From the NCBI GenBank assembly GCA_965235115.1, contig OZ249437.1:3286001-3350000 (forward strand): 64,000 bases of DNA, given 5' to 3'. This stretch comes from Laetmonice hystrix (lineage: Eukaryota). The notes below the pieces were generated by a model that made no database searches, was not told the origin of the DNA, and worked only from the letters and a program-made list of their open reading frames with translations. Both the position numbers and the translations under genes were made by a program. The first letter of the stretch is position 1; each line of letters opens with the position of its first letter. Below are positions 24,689 to 38,036 of this stretch, one piece after another.

Positions 24689-25147
24689 GCCGGTGTGACA
24701 TCGATATTGGACCCCCATAGAATCTGTACCCCCCCCTTCGTTTTCGCCACATTTCCCTATTTTCTGACACCAAAACAAGTATCAAACAAGTTTCAAAATA
24801 TCGGGAAAAGGAGTTTATGCTACCCTATAGCATTTTTTTCTGTAGAACTCAAGAACTATATGCATCACGATAATAAGTAAGGGCCAGTAACGCCAAAAAG
24901 AAACATGGCAGAGTATGTCCTCGATTTATGTGATAAAGTGCCTCTAAACAAATAGACAATTCTATAGCGCTGAAACGCGACTTTACCCCAATAATGTACG
25001 ATACCCCGGGTCACAATTCTATAGCGTGGAAACCTCACTTTACCCCTACAAATATGATATAGTGCAACCGGGGTCACAATTCTATAGCCCGAAAACTTGG
25101 ACCCCCGGTACAGATTCTATGGTTACCATTTTCTATATGACACCGGC
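24689..25147. mobile_element. Probable MITE
   Basis: Ends gccggtgtgacat / atgacaccggc; internal atagaatctgtacc / ggtacagattctat inverted; no clear TSD. Confidence 0.55.
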
Positions 25148-26010
25148 ACGAGAGGCCCAGCCATAGGACACGGTGCCTTGATATGGAGACATGTATAATG
25201 AAATACTTTGGATTACATCGCTTGTCTCCTATACGTAACGTTTTTTGTGTAGGAGCAGCCTAGTTTTCCAGTCGTGTGTGGAGTTGGCTTTTGTATTCAA
25301 CAACGTCGTCCTCAAACATAAGAACGGTATTCCGAGACTTTAATAAAATTAAGGATTGGTCGGGAAGTAAACACAAATAGATTTTTGTTTACGATCAGGA
25401 AGAATGAATAATGATTAACTCGGTATAGGCCTATATATTTTCTTCCTTTCTTTCACCATGTTCGACTTCTTTGAATGTTGATCAGAACCGCAGTAGTTTT
25501 CAAAACAAACTGGCATGACAGGGGAATAAAGTTGATATGGAGCTCAGCAAACTGGCGTACTGGACAGTGTGAAGTCCCTTTAGTGTCTGAGAATCTACAC
25601 AACAGACTGTCATCAAAATGTCAGCGTTGACGTGGTACGAGGTGGGAGCGAAACTTTCACATTCAAGCACTGTCAGAATTCAACAGGTTTTTCATCCCAT
25701 AAAATCATTTTCCCAGACACATCACACATGTCGAGGTCATTACTCATTCCAACCAGCTGCTACTGACAGACGTTTTTTTAGTACTCGTGAGAGGACTGAT
25801 ATGTTAAAAAATGCAAAGGTGCATGACAGGACTAATTTCCTCCGATGTTTCCTCCAAAAGGTTCAGGTGCACCGTACAAAGCATGATAGTGATGATTATT
25901 TCATGTGCTCCTTCCAGGAGATACATTGTCATTTTATTGGTTTTCTTTTCAACTGCTGGCCTGCAGGGGCCCGTCTTACTATAAGGTCAGGTTATTATAT
26001 CGTATATATA

Positions 26011-26642
26011 GCCCCAGTCACATCTAGTCGTACGAATTTTGGATCGCACGATAGGCAGGGGTAATCGGGGATAGTAAGGTGTCGGGGGCCTGTCGTGGAA
26101 TCGCTCTACGATTATGAGATAGCGGTCACACACTAAAGATTAGTTTGCGACCATGTTATCATCCGTAGCACAAATGCTCATAGGATTTCTCGCAGGAATT
26201 ATCCAGACAAAGCGTGCGATTACCTAAGATTACCTACGATTGTCAAGGAACAATCGTACGAATGGTCAGGTTTACTCGTGCGATAGTCGTCGGAATAGCT
26301 GTACAATAGCAACTAGTCGCAGGACAAGTTGTGCGATGGTCTTGTGATGACTGTGCGACTGTCACCAGCCACGATAAGGCACGACCACCCCCGACTATCG
26401 CAGGACCATGTAAGCACGACTATGTAAGAACGTAAAAAATCGTAGACATGTTCAAAGTCGTAGACTGGATTTTGAACATGTTCAAAATCCGCGTTACGAT
26501 AAATTTCACCTTCCGATCTCCCACGATCACTCATGACCTGTCGTACGATTTTTTTAAGATATACGGCGATTTATTGCGTTTGCTCATCGTAGGTACTCAT
26601 AAACCCGTCGTAACCCCTCGTATCCCCTAGTGTGACTGGGCC
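26011..26642. mobile_element. Non-autonomous PIF/Harbinger-like element
   Basis: TIRs gccccagtcacatctag / ctagtgtgactgggcc with A/T-rich flanks (ata / tta). Confidence 0.65.
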
Positions 26643-26789
26643 TTAAAGGCCCAGTCACACTAGGGGTGAATGGCAGACCGACCGGTTATTAACTAGTGGC
26701 CTCCCATTTACTTCTATTAATAACCAGACCTTAGTAAGACAGGCCCTTGGCTTGTTTCACATGAGACTTTCCCGGCCTAGAGGCATTGA

Positions 26790-29222
26790 GCTTCCTCGGG
26801 TCGGGTCACTAAGTAATGGTCATGTCGTACCTACACAGTAGGCCTGCTCGGGTCGGGTCACTAAGTAATGGTCATGTCGTACCTACACAGTAGGCCAGTG
26901 AGTTTCCTCGGGTCACTAAGTAATGGTCATGTCGTACCTGTAGAGTAGGCCAGTGAGTTTCCTCGGGTCACTAAGTAATGGTCATGTCGTACCTGTAGAG
27001 TAGGCCAGTGAGCTTCCTCGGGTCGGGTAAGTAATGGTCATGTCGTACCTACACAGTAGGCCAGTGAGTTTCCTCGGGTCGGGTAAGTAATGGTCATGTC
27101 GTACCTGTAGAGTAGGCCAGTGAGTTTCCTCGGGTCGGGTAAGTAATGGTCATGTCGTACCTGTAGAGTAGGCCAGTGAGCTTCCTCGGGTCGGGTCACT
27201 AAGTAATGGTCATGTCGTACCTGTAGAGTAGGCCAGTGAGTTTCCCCGGGTCGGGTAAGTAATGGTCATGTCGTACCTGTAGAGTAGGCCAGTGAGTTTC
27301 CTCGGGTCACTAAGTAATGGTCATGTCGTACCTGTAGAGTAGGCCAGTGAGCTTCCTCGGGTCGGGTAAGTAATGGTCATGTCGTACCTACACAGTAGGC
27401 CAGTGAGTTTCCTCGGGTCGGGTAAGTAATGGTCATGTCGTACCTGTAGAGTAGGCCAGTGAGTTTCCTCGGGTCGGGTAAGTAATGGTCATGTCGTACC
27501 TGTAGAGTAGGCCAGTGAGCTTCCTCGGGTCGGGTCACTAAGTAATGGTCATGTCGTACCTACACAGTAGGCCAGTGAGCTTCCTCGGGTCGGGTAAGTA
27601 ATGGTCATGTCGTACCTGTAGAGTAGGCCAGTGAGCTTCCTCGGGTCGGGTAAGTAATGGTCATGTCGTACCTGTAGAGTAGGCCAGTGAGCTTCCTCGG
27701 GTCGGGTAAGTAATGGTCATGTCGTACCTGTAGAGTAGGCCAGTGAGTTTCCTCGGGTCGGGTAAGTAATGGTCATGTCGTACCTGTAGAGTAGGTCAGT
27801 GAGCTTCCTCGGGTCGGGTAAGTAATGGTCATGTCGTACCTGTAGAGTAGGCCAGTGAGTTTCCTCGGGTCGGGTAAGTAATGGTCATGTCGTACCTGTA
27901 GAGTAGGCCAGTGAGCTTCCTCGGGTCGGGTAAGTAATGGTCATGTCGTACCTGTAGAGTAGGCCAGTGAGTTTCCCCGGGTCGGGTAAGTAATGGTCAT
28001 GTCGTACCTGTAGAGTAGGCCAGTGAGCTTCCTCGGGTCGGGTAAGTAATGGTCATGTCGTACCTGTAGAGTAGGCCAGTGAGTTTCCCCGGGTCGGGTC
28101 ACTAAGTAATGGTCATGTCGTACCTGTAGAGTAGGCCAGTGAGTTTCCCCGGGTCGGGTAAGTAATGGTCATGTCGTACCTGTAGAGTAGGCCAGTGAGT
28201 TTCCTCGGGTCACTAAGTAATGGTCATGTCGTACCTGTAGAGTAGGCCAGTGAGCTTCCTCGGGTCGGGTAAGTAATGGTCATGTCGTACCTACACAGTA
28301 GGCCAGTGAGCTTCCTCGGGTCGGGTAAGTAATGGTCATGTCGTACCTGTAGAGTAGGCCAGTGAGCTTCCTCGGGTCGGGTAAGTAATGGTCATGTCGT
28401 ACCTGTAGAGTAGGCCAGTGAGTTTCCCCGGGTCGGGTCACTAAGTAATGGTCATGTCGTACCTGTAGAGTAGGCCAGTGAGCTTCCTCGGGTCGGGTAA
28501 GTAATGGTCATGTCGTACCTGTAGAGTAGGCCACTGAGTTTCCTCGGGTCGGGTAAGTAATGGTCATGTCGTACCTGTAGAGTAGGCCAGTGAGCTTCCT
28601 CGGGTCGGGTAAGTAATGGTCATGTCGTACCTACACAGTAGGCCAGTGAGCTTCCTCGGGTCGGGTAAGTAATGGTCATGTCGTACCTGTAGAGTAGGCC
28701 AGTGAGCTTCCTCGGGTCGGGTAAGTAATGGTCATGTCGTACCTGTAGAGTAGGCCAGTGAGCTTCCTCGGGTCGGGTAAGTAATGGTCATGTCGTACCT
28801 GTAGAGTAGGCCAGTGAGTTTCCTCGGGTCGGGTCACTAAGTAATGGTCATGTCGTACCTGTAGAGTAGGCCAGTGAGCTTCCCCGGGTCGGGTCACTAA
28901 GTAATGGTCATGTCGTACCTGTAGAGTAGGCCAGTGAGCTTCCTCGGGTCGGGTAAGTAATGGTCATGTCGTACCTGTAGAGTAGGCCAGTGAGCTTCCT
29001 CGGGTCGGGTAAGTAATGGTCATGTCGTACCTGTAGAGTAGGCCAGTGAGCTTCCTCGGGTCGGGTAAGTAATGGTCATGTCGTACCTGTAGAGTAGGCC
29101 AGTGAGCTTCCTCGGGTCGGGTAAGTAATGGTCATGTCGTACCTGTAGAGTAGGCCAGTGAGTTTCCTCGGGTCGGGTAAGTAATGGTCATGTCGTACCT
29201 GTAGAGTAGGCCACTGAGTTTC
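26790..29222. repeat. Minisatellite, 55-60-bp unit, about 43 copies
   Basis: Unit gtaagtaatggtcatgtcgtacctgtagagtaggccagtgagcttcctcgggtcgg, with or without tcac. Confidence 0.97.
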
Positions 29223-31793
29223 CGAGACCTCCCCGGATTGCATTGGTTGGATCATGTGAAAGTTCAGTTCGGTTTTACTTGGGACAGCTATTTTTGTAGG
29301 GTAACTATTTTTCTTCCAAGAAGGCATCAACTCAATGCGTATTTTCTAAGATTATAAAAAACTAAATAACTAACTAACTAACTAAAAAAAACTAAAGAAA
29401 TTGGCATAGCATGTTTATATCAGCAACAGCTATGTGATGTCCTTCCCGCCAACATCGAAGTCCACTGTGCTAGGTCGGTGGGGAAGGGTTGAGTGGGGGT
29501 CAGCAAGGTCAGGCAGTGTACCTGAGTCTTGAGGTGGGTGACACTCTACCCCCTGCCCCAGCCTGGACTGCAGCCAAGCACCAGTCAGCATGTCTGTGGC
29601 CACCTGCCGTTCCCACTACAAACACCTGGCACAAAAACTGCTCACTCTCATCAAACTGTCAAAAGTGGGAACTACCATCGGTTTCAATATCATCAGAAAA
29701 AAAACCCCACAGATCTCGGAATTCTGAACAAGGAAGAGGCACGGGGGTTAACATTTTGCTTCAATATCATATATTAATCCAATCAGGGCCAAGTTCTGAA
29801 GCTTAATGTGAACGCTCCTGATTGGTTGAACTGCTGCAACCAGTCTAGTAGATGCGTTAAGCTGCCTTGAGTTTAAACGAGATCTTCAGGAACTGGGACC
29901 AGATCTCAGAATTATGACCGAGTTAGCACAGAACGATTTTCGAATAGATATCTTTCAGATTTCATTTTTGTGAATGGAGTATGTAACTAGGCCTGATTTT
30001 CTCTATTTTACCACAGTAATTCGCCGACATTTTTGACAAGTATTATGATTTCCAGAGGTAAATCAACCAATAGACCTACCCATGTTTATACCTGAAAGAT
30101 ATCAATGTATCATAGACCTACCCATCTTTATACGTGAAAATTAACTTCTGAGAAATAATTCACTTTTTATCTACAGCTGCGTATTGCACTGAGAACCAAA
30201 ACGGAGTGTACGTATGAATCATAGGGACCCGACACAAATCATCATTTGCATATACTTCTTATGCTCCTTTATTCCCCCTTGGAGCAGAAACCTACATTTC
30301 CTACGTCGAAAGAAATGCACACCATCAAGGGAGTGCTAAATCAAGATACTCAATTGTTGAATTGAAGGTTTACAATATCCTTGATCAAATCCACTTTCAC
30401 TGGCTGGATGAGAGGATCTCACCAGATATGTTTTCCATTATATTCACCCAAGCGGACTCTCAACACGGCCACTATAAAAGAAAGTAATTCTGACATTTTA
30501 TCTATAATGAATTGGATGCTGTTGTAGACATTATCCTAGAACCTCACGCTATGAGTGTCAATGGGTCCATTAATAAACTTCCCTATCCGCACTCTCAATC
30601 CCCTCAATTTTTGCTTTTATACTAAATGATATCAAGAGATCAGTTCATCCATACCGCTATCTCTAAGAGACCCTGCAGTAAAAATAAGAAAAATACACAA
30701 AACGGCTGTTGCTAGGCAACAATCCGTTTCCTGTTTGAGATGTGGATCGGTCCTTGACTTGATGTTTGTGACGTTGTGATGCCACAAAAGATTTACAGAC
30801 AGTTCGCTCAGTTTGCTAAGGACTGCATGCATTATCTCACATGATGGGCTAAACGTTGCCGGATGGAGCAACTTCTCCTTGATTTAGTGTGTGTATTTAG
30901 GAGAGGATAAGTGCGAGCTACATGAAATAGCACGAAATGTGTAAGTGATAGGCTTAGAGCCAGGGCACTATAAAAGATATGTCTACAATCATATAACGGC
31001 AATGGTAGACAGACATATATACAAAGTACAACAAGGAATGTCATCTGAAACGTCAATATTTCACACATTACCAGATTCTCCAAAGAGATTTAATGTCGTT
31101 TGGGGTGCTCAAATAGATTCCGATGTCATCCGCCCTGATCTCTCGCATTGCTGGATGACATTTAAACCCAGACCATATTGCCCAACACGACATTGTCGAC
31201 TTCCTTCTAACATCTGATTGTGTGCAGTATTGGGTAAATAGGAGGATTATTGCAGTGAATGGATTGACGTAGATATATCTATTATACCATCACACGACAG
31301 TAAATCTCAGTTTGACTGGTCACTCTCAGCTACAATCCTGTTCTGTTAGAACCTATAAATATATATTTTATATTAATCATAATAAAACATTCACTTGGCA
31401 TATTCAGCTGGTGGTTAGGCGAATTCCAAGCCCTCAATCGCCCCGCCCCCCTTCAGTAATGACCGTATTAAGTAGCTCCCTGACAGGTCACAAGTTTTTC
31501 TAGGACAATGTAGAACGCCGACAGTTACCCCGCTGTGTTGGGAAACGATGGAACGCACTCGAGCCGTCTGCTTCCTGTCGGATCAGTGGCCGACACTGGT
31601 GCGATCTATCTCTGTCATCGTGACCCATCCAGGGCCCGCGGCCATGTTCAATCTTTCACTCAGGATTCACAGAACCCAGACGAGAAAACAAAACAAGAAT
31701 GAGGAAGTTTCACAACTTCATCTGCTGCCGTCAGTCTGTCGCGATGTCGGCTGATATTTATGTGATCGTCATGTCATGGGGACATTCTGTTAA

Positions 31794-32185
31794 AGGCAGG
31801 GTAAACACTCACGGCAAATAAGGTTTCGTAGACCAAATGGAACACCAGCATTTACCTCAGAGCAATAAATGCCACAATTACGTTGTCTGAATGAAGTAAT
31901 TAACGTGTAACTAACTGCCCGATGTGTGACGCCGCTGGTTCTAACCTTGCTCTGCTGCTTGTGTGTTCATCACCTCGGACGTTTACAAACGTTGGGTTTG
32001 CAGCATTCGGCTGTGATGAACACACCAGCAGGTCAAGGTCAGAACCAGCGGCGTCACACATCGGGCAGTTACACGTTAATTACTTCATTCAGACAACGTA
32101 ATTGTGGGATTTATTGCCCTGAGGTAAATGCTGGTGTTTCATTTGGTCTACAAAACCTTATTTGCTGTGTGTGTTTACCCTCCCT
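31794..32185. mobile_element. Kolobok-type fold-back MITE
   Basis: TIRs aggcagggtaaacac / gtgtttaccctccct, TTAA on both sides; almost the whole element is an inverted repeat. Confidence 0.8.
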
Positions 32186-32439
32186 TTAAAGGACACGTCC
32201 CTATACTGACGTTTGACTCTTCAAATCAGTTTAACGAAGACATGTGCGTTATGTGTTGTTATCATAGCAACTTCTAGACGAACCCAACACACACATACAA
32301 CCACACACAATATATATAAGAGACTGTTTTCAACGATAGAAATTAATACATGTACGTGGAATTTCTCTTTGAATACAAAAACCGTTCTGAGTCTACCTGT
32401 TCCTGTCTCGCTTTAATTGTCATGCCCCTCGATATTGAT

Positions 32440-33840
32440 TCTCGCTGACCAACACAGCAGGCTACCCTGAACAACACAGCAGGTTCTCGCTGACCAACAC
32501 AGCAGGCTACTCTGAACAACACAGCAGGTTCTCGCTGAACAACACATCAGGTTCTCGCTAAACAACACAGCAGGTTCTCGCTGAACAACACAGCAGGCTC
32601 CCCTGAACAACACATCATGTTCTCGCTGAGCAACACAGCAGGTTCTCGCTGAACAACACAGCAGGTTCTCGCTGACCAACACAGCAGGCTACTCTGAACA
32701 ACACATCAGGTTCTCGCTGACCAACACAGCAGGTTCTCGCTGACCAACACAGCAGGCTACTCTGAACAACACAGCAGGTTCCCGCTGACCAACACAGCAG
32801 GCTACTCTGAACAACACAGCAGGTTCTCGCTGAACAACACAGCAGGTTCTTGCTAAACAACACAGCAGGTTCTCGCTGAACAACACAGCAGGCTACCCTG
32901 AACAACACAGCAGGTTCTCGCTGACCAACACAGCAGGCTCCCCTGAACAACACATCAGGTTCTTGCTAAACAACACAGCAGGTTCTCGCTGAACAACACA
33001 TCAGGTTCTCGCTGGACAACACAGCAGGCTACCCTGAACAACACAGCAGGTTCCCGCTGAACAACACAGCAGGTTCTCGCTGAACAACACATCAGGTTCT
33101 CGCTGACCAACACAGCCCAACACAGCAGGCTACTCTGAACAACACAGCAGGTTCTCGCTGAACAACACATCAGGTTCTCGCTAAACAACACAGCAGGTTC
33201 TCGCTGAACAACACAGCAGGCTCCCCTGAACAACACATCAGGTTCTCGCTGAGCAACACAGCAGGTTCTCGCTGAACAACACAGCAGGTTCTCGCTGACC
33301 AACACAGCAGGCTACTCTGAACAACACATCAGGTTCTCGCTGACCAACACAGCAGGTTCTCGCTGACCAACACAGCAGGCTACTCTGAACAACACAGCAG
33401 GTTCCCGCTGACCAACACAGCAGGCTACTCTGAACAACACAGCAGGTTCTCGCTGACCAACACAGCAGGCTACTCTGAACAACACAGCAGGTTCTCGCTG
33501 ACCAACACAGCAGGCTACCCTGAACAACACAGCAGGTTCTCGCTGAACAACACAGCAGGTTCTCGCTGACCAACACAGCAGGTTCTCGCTGAACAACACA
33601 GCAGGCTACCCTGAACAACACAGCAGGTTCCCGCTGAACAACACAGCAGGTTCTCGCTGAACAACACAACAGGTTCTCGCTGAACAACACAGCAGGCTAC
33701 CCTGAACAACACATCAGGTTCTTGCTGAACAACACAGCAGGTTCTCGCTGAACAACACATCAGGTTCTCGCTGAACAACACAGCAGGTTCTCGCTGAACA
33801 ACACAGCAGGTTCTCGCTGAACAACACAGCAGGCTACCCT
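32440..33840. repeat. Minisatellite, 22-23-bp unit
   Basis: Unit ctgaacaacacagcaggttctcg with ctactc/ctaccc variants. Confidence 0.97.
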
Positions 33841-34573
33841 GTATAGGATCACATATTGGCCACATACTTTATCACATACACATTGATCACATACTTTGAT
33901 ACATGTATGTCGCCCTTGCGAGCGGTCGGCGGCAAGGATGAGCAATCCTTGTGTACGGTAGTGTTGCCATTAGTGGCTGATTGATCATCATGATTGTATA
34001 ATAGCCGACGGTTACGGCGATCTCTGGAAGGGTATCCAATCCTGATGGTTGTCTGCAACCGCTATTGTAATAACAACTGTCATTATTGTAATAATTATTA
34101 CAACGGGGACTGTTATTATAATAGCGGTTGCAACATGGCGGACATAATATACTCGGCCTAAAACACTGTCAGCACACAGTCTGTGGTGTGAACTAGCTGA
34201 TGGTACCCTGTGTCGTCCATGAGTCCGTATTCTATGTATGTACAAGATCCCTGACCTGAACACCGCTATACTCACTGCATTAACCGTTACGAAACTGACA
34301 CTCACCTTTATAAAATAAAAAAGAATTGATAATACATGCACTTCACTTTCAAACTCCTACTTCAAACTTCAACGGTCTAGACTCTTACGACTTTTCACAT
34401 TTCAAGTGGTTTGGCCTTTCAGTGCAAATTACGCTCCTCTTCAACTGGTTGAGGTAAACTTGATAAAGATCTAGAGATCAATGGTAATTTGTAGAGTGGT
34501 AATTTACAGGATGTTTGCTTACATACATCGTGGGCGGCCTTGATCTATCAGTTAGACAGCTCTTCATCGACTC

Positions 34574-35990
34574 CTCACACAGCCCACTGGAACCCCTCCC
34601 ATTCACACAGCCCACTGGACCCCCCCCCCGCCATTCACACAGCCCCCTGGACCCCCTCCCAGTCACACAGCCCACTGGACCCCCCCCCCATTCACACAGC
34701 CCCCTGGACCCCCTCCCAGTCACACAACCCACTGGACCCACCCCCCATTCACACAGCCCACTGGAACCCCTCCCATTCACACAGCCCACTGGACCCCTCC
34801 CATTCACACAGCCCACTGGACCCCTCCCATTCACACAGCCCACTGGACCCCTCCCATTCACACAGCCCACTGGACCCCTCCCATTCACACAGCCCACTGG
34901 ACCCCCCCCCCCATTCACACAGCCCACTGGACCCCTCCCATTCACACAGCCCACTGGACCCCCCCCCATTCACACAGCCCACTGGACCCCTCCCATTCAC
35001 ACAGCCCACTGGACCCCCCCTCCATTCACACAGCCCACTGGAACCCCTCCCATTCACACAGCCCACTGGACCCCCTCCCATTCACACAGCCCACTGGACC
35101 CCCCCCCCCCATTCACACAGCCCACTGGACCCCCTCCCAGTCACACAGCCCACTGGACCCCCTCCCATTCACATAGCCCACTGGACCCCCCCCCCCCCAT
35201 TCACACAGCCCACTGGACCCCTCCTATTCACACAGCCCACTGGACCCCCTCCCATTCACATAGCCCACTGGACCCCCCCCCCATTCACACAGCCCCCTGG
35301 ACCCCTCCCATTCACACAACCCGCTGACCCCCTCCCATTCACATAGCCCACTGGACCCCCCCCCCCCCATTCACACAGCCCACTGGACCCTCTCCTATTC
35401 ACACAGCCCACTGGACCTCCTCCCATTCACATAGCCCACTGGACCCCCCCCACCCCATTCACACAGCCCACTGGACCCCCTCCCATTCACATAGCCCACT
35501 GGACCCCTCCCATTCACATAGCCCACTGGACCCCCCCCCATTCACACAGCCCCCTGGACCCCTCCCATTCACACAACCCGCTGACCCCCTCCCATTCACA
35601 CAGCCCACTGGACCCCCTCCCATTCACACAGCCCACTGGACCCTCTCCTATTCACACAGCCCACTGGACCTCCTCCCATTCACACAGCCCACTGGACCCC
35701 CTCCCATTCACACAGCCCCCTGGACCTCCTCCCATTCACACAGCCCACTGGAACCCCTCCCATTCACACAGCCCACTGGAACCCCTCACATTCACACATC
35801 CCACTGGACCCCCCCTATTCACACAGCCCACTGGACCCCCTCCCATTCACACAGCCCAGTGTACCCCCTCCCATTCACACAGCCCGCTGGACCCCCTCCC
35901 ATTCACACAGCCCCCTGGACCTCCTCCCATTCACACAGCCCACTGGACCCCCTCCCATTCACACACCCCTCCCATTCACATAGCCCACCC
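34574..35990. repeat. C-rich minisatellite, about 27-30-bp unit
   Basis: Unit cattcacacagcccactggacccctcc with a variable C run. Confidence 0.97.
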
Positions 35991-36009
35991 ACACAGGGGA
36001 GTGGAGGGG

Positions 36010-36183
36010 AGTGGCGGTGGCCTAGTGGGCATGGATGTCGACACCTTATGCTATGCGAATGGGTGCAGTAATCTTAGGGCCTGGGTTCGATTCCTGTAGA
36101 GGACTATACAACTTTTCTCTTTAGGGACATTGTCAAAGTAATTGGGTTACCCCTGATGCCCGTGCATTTCAAAAGAAAAAAAT
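36010..36183 (+). mobile_element. tRNA-derived SINE
   Basis: A box tggcctagtgg (36018..36028), B box ggttcgattcc (36084..36094), no tRNA cloverleaf, A-rich end near 36172..36183. Confidence 0.6.
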
Positions 36184-36329
36184 ACAGCCCACTGGACCCC
36201 TTCAACTTTTGAGCTTTTTTTCTTCTAATCTATGGAGCTTTCCTAATTTACTCTGTTGGACCTCCACCGTTTACCAAAATCCTGGATCTGTGCCAGCTTA
36301 AGCTTGCAATATAGACGAACAAATACCAT

Positions 36330-36848
36330 ATAGTGAGACTGAATATTTCCCTAGACCTGCGTATTAATACCTTATAGTGAGATTGAATATTTCCCTAGAC
36401 CTACGTATTAATACCTTATAGTGAGATTGAATATTTCCCTAGACCTGCGTATTAATACCTTATAGTTAAATTGAATATTTCCCTAGACCTGCGTATTAAT
36501 ACCTTATAGTGAAATTGAATATTTCCCTAGACCTGCGTATTAATACCTTATAGTGAGACTGAATATTTCCCTAGACCTGCGTATTAATACCTTATAGTGA
36601 GACTGAATATTTCCCCAGACCTACGTATTAATACCTTATAGTGAGATTGAATATTTCCCTAGACCTACGTATTAATACCTTATAGTGAGATTGAATATTT
36701 CCCCAGACCTACGTATTAATACCTTATAGTGAGATTGAATATTTCCCTAGACCTGCGTATTAATACCTTATAGTGAGACTGAATATTTCCCCAGACCTGC
36801 GTATTAATACCTTATAGTGAGATTGAATATTTCCCTAGACCTGCGTAT
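36330..36848. repeat. Minisatellite, 44-bp unit, about 12 copies
   Basis: Unit gtattaataccttatagtgagattgaatatttccctagacctgc. Confidence 0.96.
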
Positions 36849-37309
36849 TTTGCCCATGGAGTACACTGAGTTTGAGACAGACCTTTACAACCATTAACCA
36901 CACCTTTAATGAATGAAAATATATGCGATGACAAGCATTAAGCAACATTAAGAAATACGTGACCGCTTGTTTTATGAACAGGATTTCCTGCAAGTCATGT
37001 CATCATTTACATTGTAAGTTATTCAGATGGGACATGTATTTTTGGACTGAGACACGCCAAAACCAGTTGTGAAGGCACAAGACAGAAATGGAAAAAGGTC
37101 CAAGCTGAATTCAGCCAGACACGGCTAGTCGTTTCATGGTCAATGTGGTAACTAGGTCAAACAATGGGCACACGATAATCATAGCCTGGTATGCAAAGGC
37201 TTCAGACTCACAAACGAGGAATGCCTGGAGGTTGCTATACCCGACATATTACAATACGGAGACGTTTCGTACCAAGGAATGCACCACATAAATACATGAG
37301 GACAACGTA

Positions 37310-38036
37310 ATGACTGCACCCGATCGGTTCCTGTGATTCTCTGGACATGACTGGACCCCATCGGTTCCTGTGATTCTCTGGACATGACTGGACCCCATCG
37401 GTTCCTGTGATTCTCTGGACATGAATGACTGGACCCGATCGGTTCCTGTGATTCTCTGGACATGACTGGACCCGATCGGTTCCTGTGATTCTCTGGACAT
37501 GAATGACTGGACCCGATCGGTTCCTGTGATTCTCTGGACATGAATGACTGGACCCGATCAGTTCCTGTGATTCTCTGGACATGACTGGACCCGATCGGTT
37601 CCTGTGATTCTCTGGACATGAATGACTGGACCCGATCGGTTCCTGTGATTCTCTGGACATGAATGACTGGACCCGATCGGTTCCTGTGATTCTCTGGACA
37701 TGACTGACTGGACCCGATCGGTTCCTGTGATTCTCTGGACATGAATGACTGGACCCGATCGGTTCCTGTGATTCTCTGGACATGAATGACTGGACCCGAT
37801 CGGTTCCTGTGATTCTCTGGACATGAATGACTGGACCCGATCGGTTCCTGTGATTCTCTGGACATGAATGACTGGACCCCATCGGTTCCTGTGATTCTCT
37901 GGACATGAATGACTGGACCCGATCGGTTCCTGTGATTCTCTGGACATGAATGACTGGACCCGATCGGTTCCTGTGATTCTCTGGACATGAATGACTGGAC
38001 CCGATCGGTTCCTGTGATTCTCTGGACATGAATGAA
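37310..38036. repeat. Minisatellite, 37/41-bp unit
   Basis: Unit catgaatgactggacccgatcggttcctgtgattctctgga. Confidence 0.97.

Noticed and set aside
18355-29222. CRISPR-like repeat arrays
   Set aside because: Units are contiguous with no unique spacers, there are no cas genes, and the context is eukaryotic.
29489-29806. C1q-like snippet GQAVYLSLEVGDTL
   Set aside because: Only about 14 residues resemble the C1q C-terminal strand; the rest of the domain is absent.
30415-30475. Small minus-strand exon AVLRVRLGEYNGKHIW, trypsin-like VRLGE
   Set aside because: Good splice sites, but no catalytic His/Asp/Ser exons were found nearby, so the product cannot be called.
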